Source of the DNA: Anolis carolinensis
Taxonomy: Eukaryota
Assembly: GCF_035594765.1 (NCBI RefSeq)
Contig: NC_085841.1
Span: 132,107,574 to 132,171,573 of the forward strand
Length of the DNA stretch: 64,000 nt
Direction of reading: 5' to 3'
In this document: positions 37,584-51,290 of the stretch, one piece after another
How the letters are laid out: each line of letters begins with the position of its first letter
Numbering within the stretch: the stretch's first letter is position 1
Position numbers and translations under genes: made by a program
The notes under the pieces: generated by a model
The model's input: only the letters and a program-made list of their open reading frames with translations
Database searches by the model: none
Told to the model about the DNA's origin: nothing

Positions 37584-37707
37584 GCCCCTTCTGCACAGCT
37601 GTATAAAATCCGCATTGGCAGTGTGGACTCAGATAACCCAGTTTAAAGAAGATATTGTGAATTATCTGCCTTGATATTCTGGATTATATAGCTGTGTGGA
37701 AGGGGCC
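37584..37707. mobile_element. Harbinger-like MITE (family of 17842-17991)
   Basis: Ends GCCCCTTCTGCACAGCT and AGCTGTGTGGAAGGGGC; internal sequence shared with the 17842 copy. Confidence 0.7.
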
Positions 37708-39371
37708 ATAGCTGAATGCTTTTGGGATCTCTTACTTCACTTTCTTCTGCCAGTAAGTGGCCATGAGTGAGGGGCTTCAACACTCTACCTTTTCATGGGA
37801 TGATAAATGACTCATTGTAGCCTAGCTCCACATGCAAATTTGCTGTGCTACCTTTAGCAATGTAGGGATGCATCCTTGATATATATTCATATGTGCCACC
37901 TTCGTCTTCCTTCACCATATGCACTTGACTTTTATGCTTCTATTGCGGTTTATTAAACCATGATGTCATCAGAATGATCAAACCCTGGTTTAACAGCTTC
38001 ATGCTCACCATGATATGAAACAAAAATTAGATGTTGCCTTCTCTGAATAGAATGATTGGGTTTCCCATCCTTTCTAAACTGGTTCTTCTGGAAAATATCT
38101 AAGTAAGTATCATCATTCCACCGGCGTAATAACCTAGAAGGCATCCCCAGTTGCTCATTTCGATCTGATATGCTTACAACTAATGAGATTAGTTGCAATC
38201 AAATTGACTGCAAGAAATGCCAGATATACAAAAATTCTCATTTTATGTCCTATCTATGAAAAATTAGCCATATTTTCTGTATGCAAATAAACAGGAATAT
38301 GGACTTGTCCCATGCATTAGCAATTTCACTTCCAACTATGTTGTGGTGGGCAGTTCTATAAAATATGAACAGGCTGGGAAAAGGAAGACGTTCTCCACTT
38401 CCCTATTTGGTTGTCGTAGTCCAAGTTATATCACTATACAATGGAGTAGCTTGATCACATAACACCACTTTTTTAAAACCTGGAAATGTAGTTACAATAG
38501 TAATGTGTGGAAAAATTGATGAATTATGGGTGGCTTTCCTCTGACAGCACCACGATGGAAATAGAATGGAATGAGCGAAAGAGTGTGCCGTTGTTAATTA
38601 TTTCTAGAGTGTAGAATTTAAAAGAAACAATTTCTTTTAAAAAACCAAATATCAAACCAGATATAATGTTATTTTCATAGATCTAATTAACATGCCCATT
38701 TTGGGTTACATGAAAAATAGCCAGAGAGGAACTGAGCTTCTTCAAATATCTGTGCATAAGAAGTGCAATGTAAGTACTTCTTTCCCTGTCAATGTCCTGT
38801 CTAAAATTTTCTCCACAAATCTTCTGCATTTTCATTTCAAGCAGAGCCTCTGTTTTGCACCAATGGAAACTTTCTCTTTCGTGCTAATATCAGCTTCATG
38901 GAGGAGATATGTTTCAGCTCCAGGACAGGAAGAGAAAGAAGTCAGCTTTTTAGTAATGGAAAGATGACTTTTTTCTTTTCCTGTCCTGGAACTGAAAAAC
39001 AATATCTCCTCCTGATATGTTTGCTAAAAATAGATCTCCTGAACATTCCTGATCCTGGCTAGGCGTCCCTCTGTAATTTAGATAACTAAAATATGTATGT
39101 AAATTACATTTATGGAATTAACATTGTATGTAGTTTGGCTGAACAGGAACTCTGGTGTGCATGTGTGCATCAGGCTTCCCACAGTCACCCAGCTGGCACG
39201 TCCAGCCATCACTTCTGCTAATACTCAGTTACCAGCGCTGTGCATAGAAGTGGCCAGGTGTATGTATAGAACTTTCTCTTTATCAAAAAGCCAAATGTGT
39301 AGCTCTTCAGACATGATTCTTAGATCTGAGAAATTGTGAATGAACTCACAATGAACTGAGTATGGCTGAGA

Positions 39372-40850
39372 TTTTTCTAGATCCGGCACAGTCTGGTTTC
39401 AGGCTGGGGCATGGTACCGAGACAGCTTTGGTCGCCTTAGTCGATCTACGCCGCGAACTGGACAGGGGGAGTGTGTCCCTGCTGGTTCTGCTGGACCTCT
39501 CAGCAGCCTTCGATACCGTCGATCATGGTATCCTTTTTGGGCACCTTGCTGGGATGGGTCTTGGAGGTACTGTTCTGCAGTGGCTCCAGTCCTTCCTGGA
39601 GGGTCGTTCCCAGATGGTATCATTGGGGACTCCTGCTCGGCCCCACAACCATTGACTTGTGGGGTCCTGCAGGGTTCAATACTGTCCCCCATGTTGTTCA
39701 GCATATACATAAAAACGCTGGGAGAGATCATCCTGAGTTTCGGGATGCGGTGTCATTTGTACTCCGATGATGTCCAGCTCTTTCACTCCTTCCCACCAGC
39801 CACTAAAGAGGCTGTTCAGCTCCTGAACCGGTGTCTGACTGCTGTGTCGGACTGGATGAGGGCTAACAAATTGAAATTGAATCCAGACAAGACAGAGGTC
39901 CTCCTGGTCAGTCGTAAGGCCGAACAGGGTATAGGGTTACAGCCTGTGTTGGATGGGGTCACACTCCCCCTGAAGACGCAGGTTCACAATCTGGGTGTTC
40001 TCCTGGACTCATCACTGAGCCTGGAACCCCAGGTCTCAGCGGTGGCCAGGGGAGAATTTGCAGAACTAAGACTTGTGTGCCAGCTGCGCCCCTACCTTGG
40101 GAAGTCTGACTTGGCCAAATTGGTCCATGCTCTGGTCACATCCCGGTTGGATTACTGCAACGCGCTCTACATGGGACTGCCTTTGAAGACAGCCCAGAAG
40201 CTCCAATTAGTACAACGGGCGGCAGCCAGATTAATAACTGGGGCAGCATACAGGGAGTGTACTACTCCCTTGTTAAGCCAGCTCCACTGGTTGCTGATAT
40301 GCTACCGAGCTCAATTCAAAGTGCTGGTCTTGGCCTACAAAGCCCTAAATGGTTCTGGTCCAATTTACCTGTCAGAACGTATCTTCCCCTATAAGAACCC
40401 ATAAGAACCTTAAGATCATCTGGAGAGGCCCTGCTCTCGGTCCCACCCACCTCACAGGCACGGCTGGTGGGGACAAGAGACAGGACCTTCTCGGTGGTGG
40501 CTCCCTGGCTGTGGAACTCCCTCCCCAGTGACATTTGGCAGGCTCCATCCCTTCTGAGGTTCAGAAAAAAACTGAAGACCTGGCTATGTACACAGGCGTT
40601 TGAAGAATAAGTATGTGTTGGCTTTGACGCGGTCTGAATTAAGGCTCTTGTATAAGGTCTGGTGGATGAATGGCATAAGCATTTTGCATTGTTGTAAACT
40701 TTTTATATTGTATTTTATTACTGTTTTAACTGTTTTAACGTTTTAGTTCATTGTATAATGGCATCAATTGCCACTTGTAAGCCGCCCTGGATCCCCTCGG
40801 GTGAGAAGGGCAGGGTATAAATAATTGGAATAAATAAATAAATAAATAAA
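39372..40850 (+). mobile_element. L2 LINE of a second subfamily, 5'-truncated within RT and frameshifted
   Basis: QSGFRLGHGTETAL and LLDLSAAFDTVDH in one frame; GVLQGSILSP, YSDD and SRLDYCN in another (shifts near 39625 and 40400). Different 3' UTR and a (TAAA)n tail. Confidence 0.93.
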
Positions 40851-41929
40851 TCAGAAAGTCCACATTTGATTTCATTGCCTAACTTTTAATTGGCTGCTTA
40901 AAAGTTAATGATGCTGCAATGACTGTAAATAGAATGTAAATCATTTCCCTTTCTATGTTGGTCTTGATCCGTTCACAGGACTCTCTGTATCCTGGTTTGC
41001 TTCTATATCTCATATTTTCTCCAGTCTTTCTATCTTCTTGCCTTATTTCATCAACCTCTGTAGCTTTTAAACACAGGGCAGCAAGACAGATGCAGCCTTT
41101 TCTCAAAGATCCTGGCCACAGAAGGTTTTCTGGCATTTCTGGAAAGTGTGATTTCCCTCCTGCAATCATCATGCCATTTGAGGCTTCTTCTCCCTTGGGA
41201 GCCTGTTTCTGTTTCCCAAAGGAGATTCCTCTGCAGTCTAATGGATCATACTGTCAAGCGAAATAAACAGCACTCTTCAGTATTTTTTTCCTTTCACATT
41301 TTGACTTGGGATTGGAGCTTTGATATTCTGAGTTTGTGGGATAAAAATCTAACATATTGGCCTACATTCCTACCTCACATTTTTAAACATGCACTCACGG
41401 AATTATAATGTAGGGCTAATAGATAAGCTGAACTACATTTACATTATTCTCCTTCAAAATACAATCCACCTCAATCCAATTTTGCACCAACAGTTCAAGC
41501 TTACTGTGGCTATTACTACATCAAGCAAAACAAAGCTTTACACAATTGCCGAATGATTGGCTGCATTAAAAAAAAAAAGAATGAAAGAAATTGTGGCTAA
41601 CTCCACACATACGATGTTCTGTAAAAAAAAAAAATCCAGTTGGAAAGGGATGCAAGACAGAATAAGTAGAGATCTCCAAATGCATCACTTTTAGTTTGCA
41701 TATAAGACAAAATAATTCAGAAGTCCAAAATCTGGGAAAACATTTAAATGACAGATTTTAAGAACTAACCCCAAATTGAAGGCAGATTCCATGTTTCATG
41801 GAATGATCCAATTTCTTTACATAGAAACTTGTTCTTACCTACTTGATTTTGAGTAGTGGCCTCATTTCCCCTGATTGTTTTTTTAAAAAGACTTCCTAAT
41901 GCAGCGAGGGGAGGCTTTATACTTTCTTT

Positions 41930-42135
41930 CATCATCATAGGCAATCACTTGTGGCTGAGTATGACTGTCTTCCTATGGTAGTGTATTGGTAGTGGGTCTG
42001 TAAGTAACTGTAGAGATCTGTTATGGATCCACATGGTCTGTCACAATGAGGACATACATTTCCAGATGGAAGGTGTTCATGTCAAGAGTTTGCTTGACGT
42101 TCCTTCTTCTTGGCACGTTTCCCCCTTTCAGCAGT
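41930..42135 (-). mobile_element. RTE-clade LINE 3' end with (GAT)n tail
   Basis: Homologous to 4845-5040 (GGATCCACATG, TTGACGT.CCTTCTTCT.GGCACGTTTC). Confidence 0.7.
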
Positions 42136-43325
42136 TCATGTAGATGTTAAATAATATGGGGGACAATATTAAACATTTTGGGACCCCATAGGATAAAGGC
42201 CATAGAGTTGAGCAGGAGTCCCCCAGCACTCTCAAAGGACCCGACTGCAAAACAGTGCCTCCTAGCCCCATTCCCATGAGGCAATCCAGAAGGACACCAT
42301 GGTTGAACTATGGAAGCAGAGGAAATGCCCCAGCTACCCTCCACAGTTACTGCCATCAAGGATGGAAAGCGAGCCCAGATGGAAGTGGAGCACTGCCAGA
42401 GCAGCTGTGCCAAATAGCTAAGCCAGCACAATAGCAGTGCCACCTGATGGAACAGGGGCAAAAGGCTGGTCATCCCATGTGGCCCCGAATCCTCCTGGTG
42501 ATGCTCCTGTGAGTCCCAGCACTTCCGTAGTTGCTGCCGCAGAGGTCGATGTGATGGAAGACGACCAGATGACTGCAGTGCTCTGACTGTGCAGCACAGA
42601 TAAAACAATATCTGCCTTTGGGTATTATTCTATGTCCAATAGCAGCAGTGGAAGAAGCAGAAAATTATAAATGAAATCAGGAGAGGAGATTTGCTATAAA
42701 AAAAGGGATTCATGCATATATATGCATTTAACATAGTGCATCATTGAGCCCTTATGTCTGGGTGTACTTTCATATATTTTTTTTGTCCTTGCATTCAGTT
42801 TTTAAAAAGCAATAGTTTTTTCTTTATTTTAAGACCATTTTTGTTATAAATTCATTTCTACAAATAACCAAAATATGAAAAATAGAAAGGAAGCACTGAT
42901 TTTTCCCTTTTTCTTGCTGAATGACCAAAAAATAAATAATCTCACAGTGGCTGACAATTTTTGACAAGGTGTCTGCTATGTTGAGACACCTTTTCTTGTT
43001 GAAGACAATTGAATTTGAGAATAATCTTTATATTCTTAGTTGGTAAATGGGCATAAAAGTCTGGCAGTTGTGTGGAGAGGCTCCTATTAAGAAAAGAGTG
43101 GAACAGTGCTAATAGACCTTTTTAAAACACCAACAACAGCCTCTTTCAAATGAGGCATACTCTCATCTGTGCCCTCATGTGTATACATCACACAGTAAGA
43201 CCCCATAGTGCAGATACTCTAGTTCTTTTAAAGAGGGCATGTCTTCATCTCTTCCATTGGCTTTCTGTGATTCCCAAAAATGCTTAAGGATATCCTTTTT
43301 TGGTATGGTCAAAGAGATGCTAGGT

Positions 43326-43655
43326 AAAGGTAAAGGTTTCCCCTGACGTTAAGTCTAGTCGTGTCCGACTCTAGGGGTTGGTGCTCAACTCCATTTCTAA
43401 GCCAAAGAGCCAGCGTTGTCCATAGACACCTCCAAGGTCATGTGGCTGGCATGACTGCATGGAGCATCATTACCTTCCCGTCGGAGCGGTACCTATTGAT
43501 CTACTCACATTTGCATGTTTTCGAACTGCTAGGTTGGCAGAAGCTGGAGGTAATAGTGGGTGCTCACTCCGCTCCCTGGATTTGAACCTTTCGACCTTTA
43601 TGTCTGCAAGTTCAGCAGCTCAGCGCTTTAACATACTGCGCCACTGGGGGCTCCT
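43326..43655 (-). mobile_element. Sauria SINE, full length
   Basis: Reverse complement of the family sequence. Exact 15-bp TSD AAAGAGATGCTAGGT (43311-43325, 43656-43670). Confidence 0.95.
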
Positions 43656-44883
43656 AAAGAGATGCTAGGTGACTAGATTTTGCTTGCCACTGTTACTCTT
43701 AGGTATGGCCTTTAACCAGGAAATATATGAAGGCTTGTTCTTAACAGACCTGAGATAAACCCCTGTGTGGGCACTGGGGTTTTTTGCACAGCTAGGATTG
43801 GTAATAATAGAATAGAATATCTCCAGTGGATGAACCATTTCCAGACTTGGTGTATGTCTGTCTCAAAGACCTATAGCGGTAAAGCATATTTGAAATGCAA
43901 TTTTTAAAACTCATCTGCAGTTAAAAGCACTCTTATATGATTAGAATAGCACAGACTAGCACAGAAAAGGATACTGGAGAGATGCTACCAACTATAGGTT
44001 GACAACATTAGGCTATACAGGCCATTACATGTATAGCATGTAGAATCTTATATCCAAAGTTCTGGTAACTCTGAAAAATATATTCAGAAATAAATAGCTT
44101 ATAGGTGGAGTTTCTCATGTAAAGATGTCTACGGGAGCAGAAATAATTTCTTAAATGATGTTTTGCTTATCCAAAGGTTTATGTGAACAATTGCATTATA
44201 AAGCTACTAAAAAGTACAAGGAAGGTAGCACATATTTTCAAAGTTTGCTAAATCTCCAGTTTCTCTGTAACATTTGCTAAATTCACATTAATAAAGCATA
44301 GCATTTAAAAGACCAGATCTTAGTTGTACTGTTTCCTCTGTATTGTTTGAAAATAACTCCCTCCCATGCCAATAAAAGCTGCTGTGGTTTTTTCCCCCTT
44401 GAAATCAGGAATATCTAACAACTCAATCCTCTGACTTCTGGAATTCAGAATATTACACACTTGAATGATTCCTAACCAACCGTGAAAGAGACAGAAAAAT
44501 GTCTTAGCTGAATGTGAGAACCCTGTACCAAACTGAAACAACAGTTTTTATCCTTTCTGTTTTTTATTATTAATAATTTTTCCTAATAATTTGAGTTGTT
44601 TCTCATAGTATTCACACTTTTACATTATGGAAACATTTCATTATGTCATTATTGTTTTCTTTCTCATTTGGACAAAGCAATAACTATAGTGCAATGGTCA
44701 TGGGGAAATTATATGTCTACATTAGATACAGTGCTAAGTCTTGAATAGCATTACTTTGATGACAATGTTGTACAATTATTATGTGGTTGTTGTTGATTTG
44801 GGGGTCAATGGTGAATATGCCTAGACTTGTATGGTCATACCATTAAATACTCGTAAATGTTATAGTTCTTTTCATAAAATATA

Positions 44884-45207
44884 AAAGCAAAGGTTTCCCC
44901 TTGACATTAGGTCTAGTCGGTTCTGACTTTGGGGGGTTGGTGCTCATCTCCATTTCTAAGCCAAAGAGCTGGCATTGTCTGTAGACTCCTCCTAGGTCAT
45001 GTGGCTGACATGACTGCATGTAGCACTGTTACCTTCCTGCCAAAGCGGTACCTATTGATCTACGCACATTTGCATGTTTTCAAACTGCTAAGTTGGCAGA
45101 AGCTGGGGCTAACAATAGGAGCTCACCCCATCCCACAGATTCAAACCACCAACCTTCCGGTCAGCAAGTTCTTCGGCTTAGTGGTTTAACCTGCTGTGCC
45201 ACCGTGG
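44884..45207 (-). mobile_element. Sauria SINE
   Basis: Family sequence. Exact 11-bp TSD CATAAAATATA (44873-44883, 45208-45218). Confidence 0.93.
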
Positions 45208-46999
45208 CATAAAATATAGAATGCAATGATACTTTAGCAAGCTATGTTCTTGTCCGAGGTGGGGCAAACAGGGTATTGAGATAGATGGGAAGTTGGGGGG
45301 TTTTTTGAAATGGGAAGGGGGAAAGAAAATCATATTTGGGGGAGATAACAGAAATTTTGCAATAGAAAGACAAGAATACCAAAGGTATATATTTATAAAT
45401 GCTGTTTGTCTTAATACTTGTCTGAGTTAAGCTGCATTGATTAAAGTAAGTTTGAAACATAAATTCATCAGGTTTCCCAACTGGGATCAAATGTCAACTT
45501 CAAACTTAGACAGAAATAAAACACAGAATGGCAAAACTTCTTGCAAATACATAAACTTTTAATTTGGTCTAGTCACAAAGTAAACAGCACAGTTCTTGAG
45601 AATTGTGCAAGAGTCTGACAGCTTTGCAGTCAAAACTTAAATTCATTGTCCTTTTTAGCAATGCACAGAAAGCAGCACAGGTTCTGGGGGCAGGAGAGAC
45701 CTCAGGAAAATTCAGAAAACACAAAACAAATTCTACACTATACCATAATATAAGCAATGCAGTTAGTTAAATGTTTGACACTGTGACTGCAACTTTTGCT
45801 GATTTGAAAGTTTCATTTTGATGTCGAAAACAGCAGTGCTACACAATAAAGATACCATTCAGAAGTGAGCAATGTCACACACAAAGTTGCGTACATTTCT
45901 TGTTCCACATTGTTAAGCTTTTTGTTGTGCAACATTGCAGTTTACTACATAAAAACACAATTTGCAAAGCACACATCTGGCTACATACAAGCAGTTCTTT
46001 CTGTACTGAAAGCTGTGCATTTTTCAGGAAGAGTTGCAGAGCTTCTGGAAAGTTTTGTGGGAAGCTGCACAGCTTTCATAGAAAATCGGTGCAGTTTTCA
46101 AGCATTTTGAGGAAGAAATCTTGAGTATCCTGGAACCACGGGATTAAATAAAACCCTGTTTCATTGTTCTATATGTCCCTTAGGACTTGGAGAAATCAAG
46201 ACCTGACGTTTATTGCAAGAATACATCACTTTCTAGTAATAAGTCCTGTGAAATATCATCCACTGTCTCTTTCAGGATTTTGATTTGTTTTCACATAAAT
46301 GATTTCTCTCTGGATACAACTTGCAATTAGGTGGCGATCTCTGGTCTGCATGCCACATAGAACTATATTATGTCTTGCTGAAGTCCATTTTATGTTTCAA
46401 TTATTGTGTGTTCCTTATCAGCCAGTCTGCTTCTTTTCAAAATGTGACCTGAAACTCTATTTTCAGAAGGGTTCAAGTAGAAGTCAAGAGGAGGTGTGCG
46501 GTATTAGGAAATGTAACATTTAATAACCATACCTTGAATAAAACAGAAAAATGGTTCACAAATAAAATCATGGGGAAACTGTGCTTGACACCTTAGAAAC
46601 AATCAGAAGTTAATGATGTGGAAAATTAGTCAAAAAACAGTTTACAAAAAACTGCCTGTTTGGAAACTGGTTTTTAGCACTTAAAGGCACATTTTCTGAC
46701 AAACTAGCTTTTAATTATTAAAAGAAATGATATTGTCTATAGTCTTTTAATTTAGTGCTGAATATATTTTAAAATATATTATTAAAATATAACAGGAATC
46801 ATTATTCTATGAAGAATATTTTTTCCTAAAAATCATTGTAAGCTTAGGTAATATGGGTATAGAAATTATTAAGTGGCTTCCCAAGGAATCAGAGTGAACC
46901 GGAAAGAAACAGAGAGCTGACAAACTAAACTTAATCTAGATTAGAAATAGATATTCTTTAGACTGATGCATAACTTTGGGCTCATGTAAAATGCAAGTA

Positions 47000-47342
47000 C
47001 AGTGTTCCCTCACTTATCGCTGGGGTTAGGTTCCAGGACCACCCGCAATAAGTAAAAATCCGCGCAGTAGGGACACCATATTTATTTTAATATTTATACA
47101 ATATTTTAGTAGTTATACACTATTTTAAGACTTTATCAACCAATCGTGTGTTGATAAATCTCCTCCTTCTCCTCCCATTGCTTCTTGGGCTCCTTTTCTC
47201 TCCCTTCGGTTTCCCCTTTTCCTCTTTGTTAGGCTGTAAATTGTAATTTTTTATGATTTATAATAGTCTTTTAAAGTTTATTGAAAAACCGCAAAACAGC
47301 GAATCCGCGAAAAGTGAACCGCGAAGTAGTGAGGGAACACTA
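47000..47342. mobile_element. Tc1/mariner (Tigger-like) MITE
   Basis: TA followed by CAGTGTTCCCTCACT at the left; AGTGAGGGAACACT at the right. Confidence 0.85.
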
Positions 47343-48015
47343 TTAGACATAAGCCATGGAAAGAAATTTAGTTTTAATATTGTTATCAGGCATATATATT
47401 TAAATGAATGCAGAGGCTCTCAAAAAAAAAAACTACAAAGAGAACTGTTGGATCATACAGATAGCATCCTTTATTTCATTATCCCATCCCCTAGAACAGT
47501 GGCTTCAGACATCTGTGTGTTCAGCGTGGAAGTCTGAAGAGAGCTTCTAAGTGTGTTCCAATGAAAAGGCAGAAAATGTGGAAGTTTCCTTCAAGACTTT
47601 GAGTTCAGTGCTAGAGCTTTAAGTCTGTAGGAATGGAGATGGAGCGGGGGTGAATGTGCAATCCAATAAACAAGTTGTGGCCTTTGGTTATCCCAAACCT
47701 ATTGTATCTGTCTTTGTTTGTGGGTTTCTGGTGGGGGGAGGTTGGTCGCCACTGCCCACTCAATTAATTTGATTTTTTACTTCACCTGTCTGCCTGGTCC
47801 TGATCATTATGTTCATTAGTAACACAGTATCTGTCATTTTTTTTTTGTCCAGCAAACACAAAAATGTTTTTTTTTTGTTTTTAAAGATCCACATCTTTAA
47901 TCTCCAGGCTGTCAGTATGTTAATAGGCTTTCACTATTTTCCCATCTGCTTCTCTTCAAAAGCCTTTAAACAGAAATACTAGAATACCTTCAGATGTGAT
48001 AATTTCCCACTCTGA

Positions 48016-48506
48016 GGGCCCATCTACACTTGGCTAAAACTCAGGAGGAAACAGGTTAAAATAACCCGCTTTGTCCTGGGTTTCAGTCTCCACCCATTCC
48101 CACAACCTCAGGCTTTTCTTCGGGGATTGACCCAGGTTGGCATCCAGCCTCTCCAGCCCATCCACCCCCAACCTACCTGAGAGGCCTGCCAGAAGTATCA
48201 GGCTGAGCTGCCAACAGCCCTCTCCAGTAAGTTTGGTGGCTGTAATGGGGGGCTGGGAGGGGGTGGGTGCCCTCCTTCTCTTTCCGGCTCCATGAGCCCG
48301 AAGAACCAGGATGGCTGTGGGGATTGTGGAGAACGCAGCTCCGGTGGTTAATTCCCACAGGCCCAACACCTGAAAAGATCCTTGCAGTAAGGTCTGGATC
48401 TTTTCAGGTGTTTTTATTAATGCAGAATAAATTGGGAAATCCTGGTTTACTCTAGATTAATCCGGATTAACCCCATCAAGGGTTTTGGGCCTGTGTGGAA
48501 AGGCCT
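48016..48506. mobile_element. Harbinger-like non-autonomous element
   Basis: Ends GGGCCCATCTACAC and GTGTGGAAAGGCCT; TGA on both flanks. Shares TAAGGTCTGGATCTTTTCAGGTG with 21818-22283. Confidence 0.7.
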
Positions 48507-48888
48507 TGAGACAATAGAGGGAAAATACTATGAGCCAAGAGTGTTTATTTTGGTATCAATACATGGGTCAGGAAGCCAGCTTGTCTACAGACATTGACAT
48601 ATTTAAGATCTCTTCTCAATTTGTTTTTAAGGATTCAGTTACACTCTTCCAATATTATACCAGTTTCCTATAATATGAAAGGTTTTTATTTCTAAAGCTA
48701 ATTTGAAATCCAGTTATTTAGCGCCTATTGTGAATATTAGTTAAATGTTACACAATGTTTGCACAGTGAGGCATGCCTCGCTGTCATATTGGCTGGGGCC
48801 TACAGAGCTAAAATCGAACATGTGAAGGGCCCCAGTCAACATGACAGTGATAAGAGGCTGTAGGAGGTTTAGTCCAAAGTATCTAGAG

Positions 48889-49178
48889 CAGATCTTTCAA
48901 ATTGCGTGTCGTGACACATTAATGTATCAGCTGCAGTGTGTAGATGTGTTGCACAAACATAATGAGAAACCTCAGAGTCTATGTGAAATAAGCAATAAAT
49001 GAAAGCTTTTCATGAGATATGTTCTGTCCCCATACATTTTGTTATTATGATTTATGTGTGTCCATGTCTCTTATAATGGATTGGTTTAATCTCTGGTTTG
49101 CTAGTAAAACTGAATAACTGTCACAAAATGATACATGTCTGAAAAGTGTATCACCAACATGAAAAGTTTGCAAATCTA
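48889..49178. mobile_element. Non-autonomous hAT element
   Basis: Exact 8-bp TSD ATCTAGAG (48881-48888, 49179-49186). Degenerate TIRs CAGATCTTTCAAA and TTTGCAAATCTA. Confidence 0.7.
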
Positions 49179-50249
49179 ATCTAGAGGATCAAATATTTTC
49201 CACTTCTTTGTAAGGCCATGATAGGTTATTCGAACAGCTACAGCAGCAATTGGTGCTGCTTCTTTTATGCTTCTGAAGTCTCTATCATGGAGTTTAGTCT
49301 AATGGATTAACATTGCCTCATTAGCCTTAAATGTAGATTGAAGCATTGATAAGAACTGTTGAGGCAGGGAAGTCCTCCCTGTAAGGGAACTACAAAGATA
49401 TGCCATGAAAGCCACCAGCTGCCATTGAAGACATGTTATTTTTATGGAAAAAGAAACACACATGCAGTATAACAAAACCAGGAAATTATGATGGAGAAAG
49501 GGGTTTTAAAATTTCTTTCATACCCAATCTTTATCTATAAGGATTTCTACCACTTTACTGATGCCTGTGAGAATGGCTAGAAGAAAGAGCTTTCTGTGGT
49601 GGGAATGGACTTCTCTCACCCACCCACTGTTTTCATGGATGCAACCATCTGATTCCCCTATTCAGCCAAATGGAGCAAAATAGATATCTTTGACCGAATA
49701 AGGAAGTTTAAACATCAATAACGGTGAGATTTTCATCTGAGCTGAATGAAAAAGAATAGTGACTGTAATGTCTGCTTGCTTTTTCTCTGAGATAATCAAT
49801 CCCTCTATGAGAGAGCTGCTAATGCTCATATCCAGCTTTGAGCCTTACAGCCAAATCAAGTGATACCACTCTAAGGCTTAGTTTCAGGAAACAGCAGGTA
49901 AGGTGGTTAGTTTAGTCCCATGAATCAATACTATCCCCTATTTTCTGGTATCTTCTTCCAGTAAGACAATATTCTTATTTTGTTATTTTAAAGAACGGAA
50001 GTCTTCCAAATTTGTGTGATATTTGGCAAAGAAAACTATGCATGAAATAACTGCAGTGATTCTTTTACCCGGGATGGGTTAAAGTTTCCTGCTCCCATGT
50101 CTGCCACACTTCCTAAGACTTCCAGGCCTAAGATGACCTTGTAAGCATTTTTTACATCAATGTTACAGACCTTACATTGTAATCCTACACACCACATTCG
50201 CTGGGTGTTAAAACATGTTTTGAAGATGGCATGGCTTAAATTACAGTGC

Positions 50250-50520
50250 TACTTTCCTTTCCTTTCCTTCTTTCTCCCATTTTCCCCAGCTACTAGATTT
50301 TCACTCTCCTTCTCCTTCCTTCTCTATTTCTTCTCGCCCATCCATTTTAATTTTCTCCGCTACCACAATGCTCCTTGCTACATTTATCTTCTCTCTCCTT
50401 CTTCCGCCTTCTTTATCTTGCCTCTCCCATTTTTTCTTCCAGTTCCACTTCCCCACACTACAGTCATGCTCTTCCTTATACCTTCCCTCCCTCTCTGTTT
50501 TTCCAACTTTTTCTCATTTG
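50250..50520. repeat. CT-rich low-complexity tract
   Basis: Strong pyrimidine bias on the + strand; this explains the F/L/S/P-rich spurious ORFs here. Confidence 0.75.
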
Positions 50521-50949
50521 CCCTCAAGGAAACCATGATTGGGATCTGTTAGATTCTTAGCATTTAAAGTTTCGGTTATCCTGTTAGTCATCAAACATTT
50601 TCACCTTCCCAAAATATATGATTATTAGTTGCAGGGTTATGACCATGATTATGATTATTGTGGGGATGAGGGTAAGATTCCACAACCTAAGTGTAAAAAA
50701 GATATATAGAAGGAAAATGTGGCCAATGAGAGGTACTGATTAAGATGAGCAATCTGTTAAAAGCAGAGTTGAAAAAACATCATTTTGGCTTGGAAGCTTT
50801 CTTTGGTTGGATTATGTTTCCTGTCTGTTGAAAATGTTACAAGAGAACTAGGAAAGGTCCCACCCTTTGATTACATGTATGACTTTAAAAAGTATATTTC
50901 TGACTATAGAAATATATTTCTCCTTTGTTAGATCTTGTGATTTTCTATT

Positions 50950-51290
50950 AGAATGACATAGAATCACAGAATCATAGTGTTGGAAGAGACCTCATGGGTC
51001 ATCCAATCCAACCGCCTGCCAAGAAGCGGGAAAATCGCCTTCACAGCACCCCAACAGATGGCCATCCAACCTCTGTTTAAAAGTCTCCAAAGAAGGGGTT
51101 TCCACCACAGTCTGGGGCAGAGAGTTCCACTGCTGAACAGTTCTCACAGTGAGAAAGTTCTTCTTAATGTTCAGGTGGAATCTTCTTTTTCTGTAGTTTG
51201 AAGCCGTTGTTTCATGTCCTAGTCTCCAGGGCAGCAGAAAACAAGCTTTCTCTCTCCTCCCCATGACTTCCCCTCACATGGCTATCATGC
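50950..51290 (-). mobile_element. CR1 LINE 3' fragment
   Basis: Minus-strand peptide RFHLNIKKNFLTVRTVQQWNSLPQTVVETPSLETFKQRLD is a CR1 ORF2 C-terminus. Octamer tail (ATTCTRTG)n. Confidence 0.9.

Noticed and set aside
38540-38565. REST/RE1-like CAGCACCACG
   Set aside because: Only the left half-site matches; the GGACAG half is absent.
45500-46130. Degenerate long inverted similarity with TGCACAG motifs
   Set aside because: Too diverged to define; likely an old palindromic repeat.
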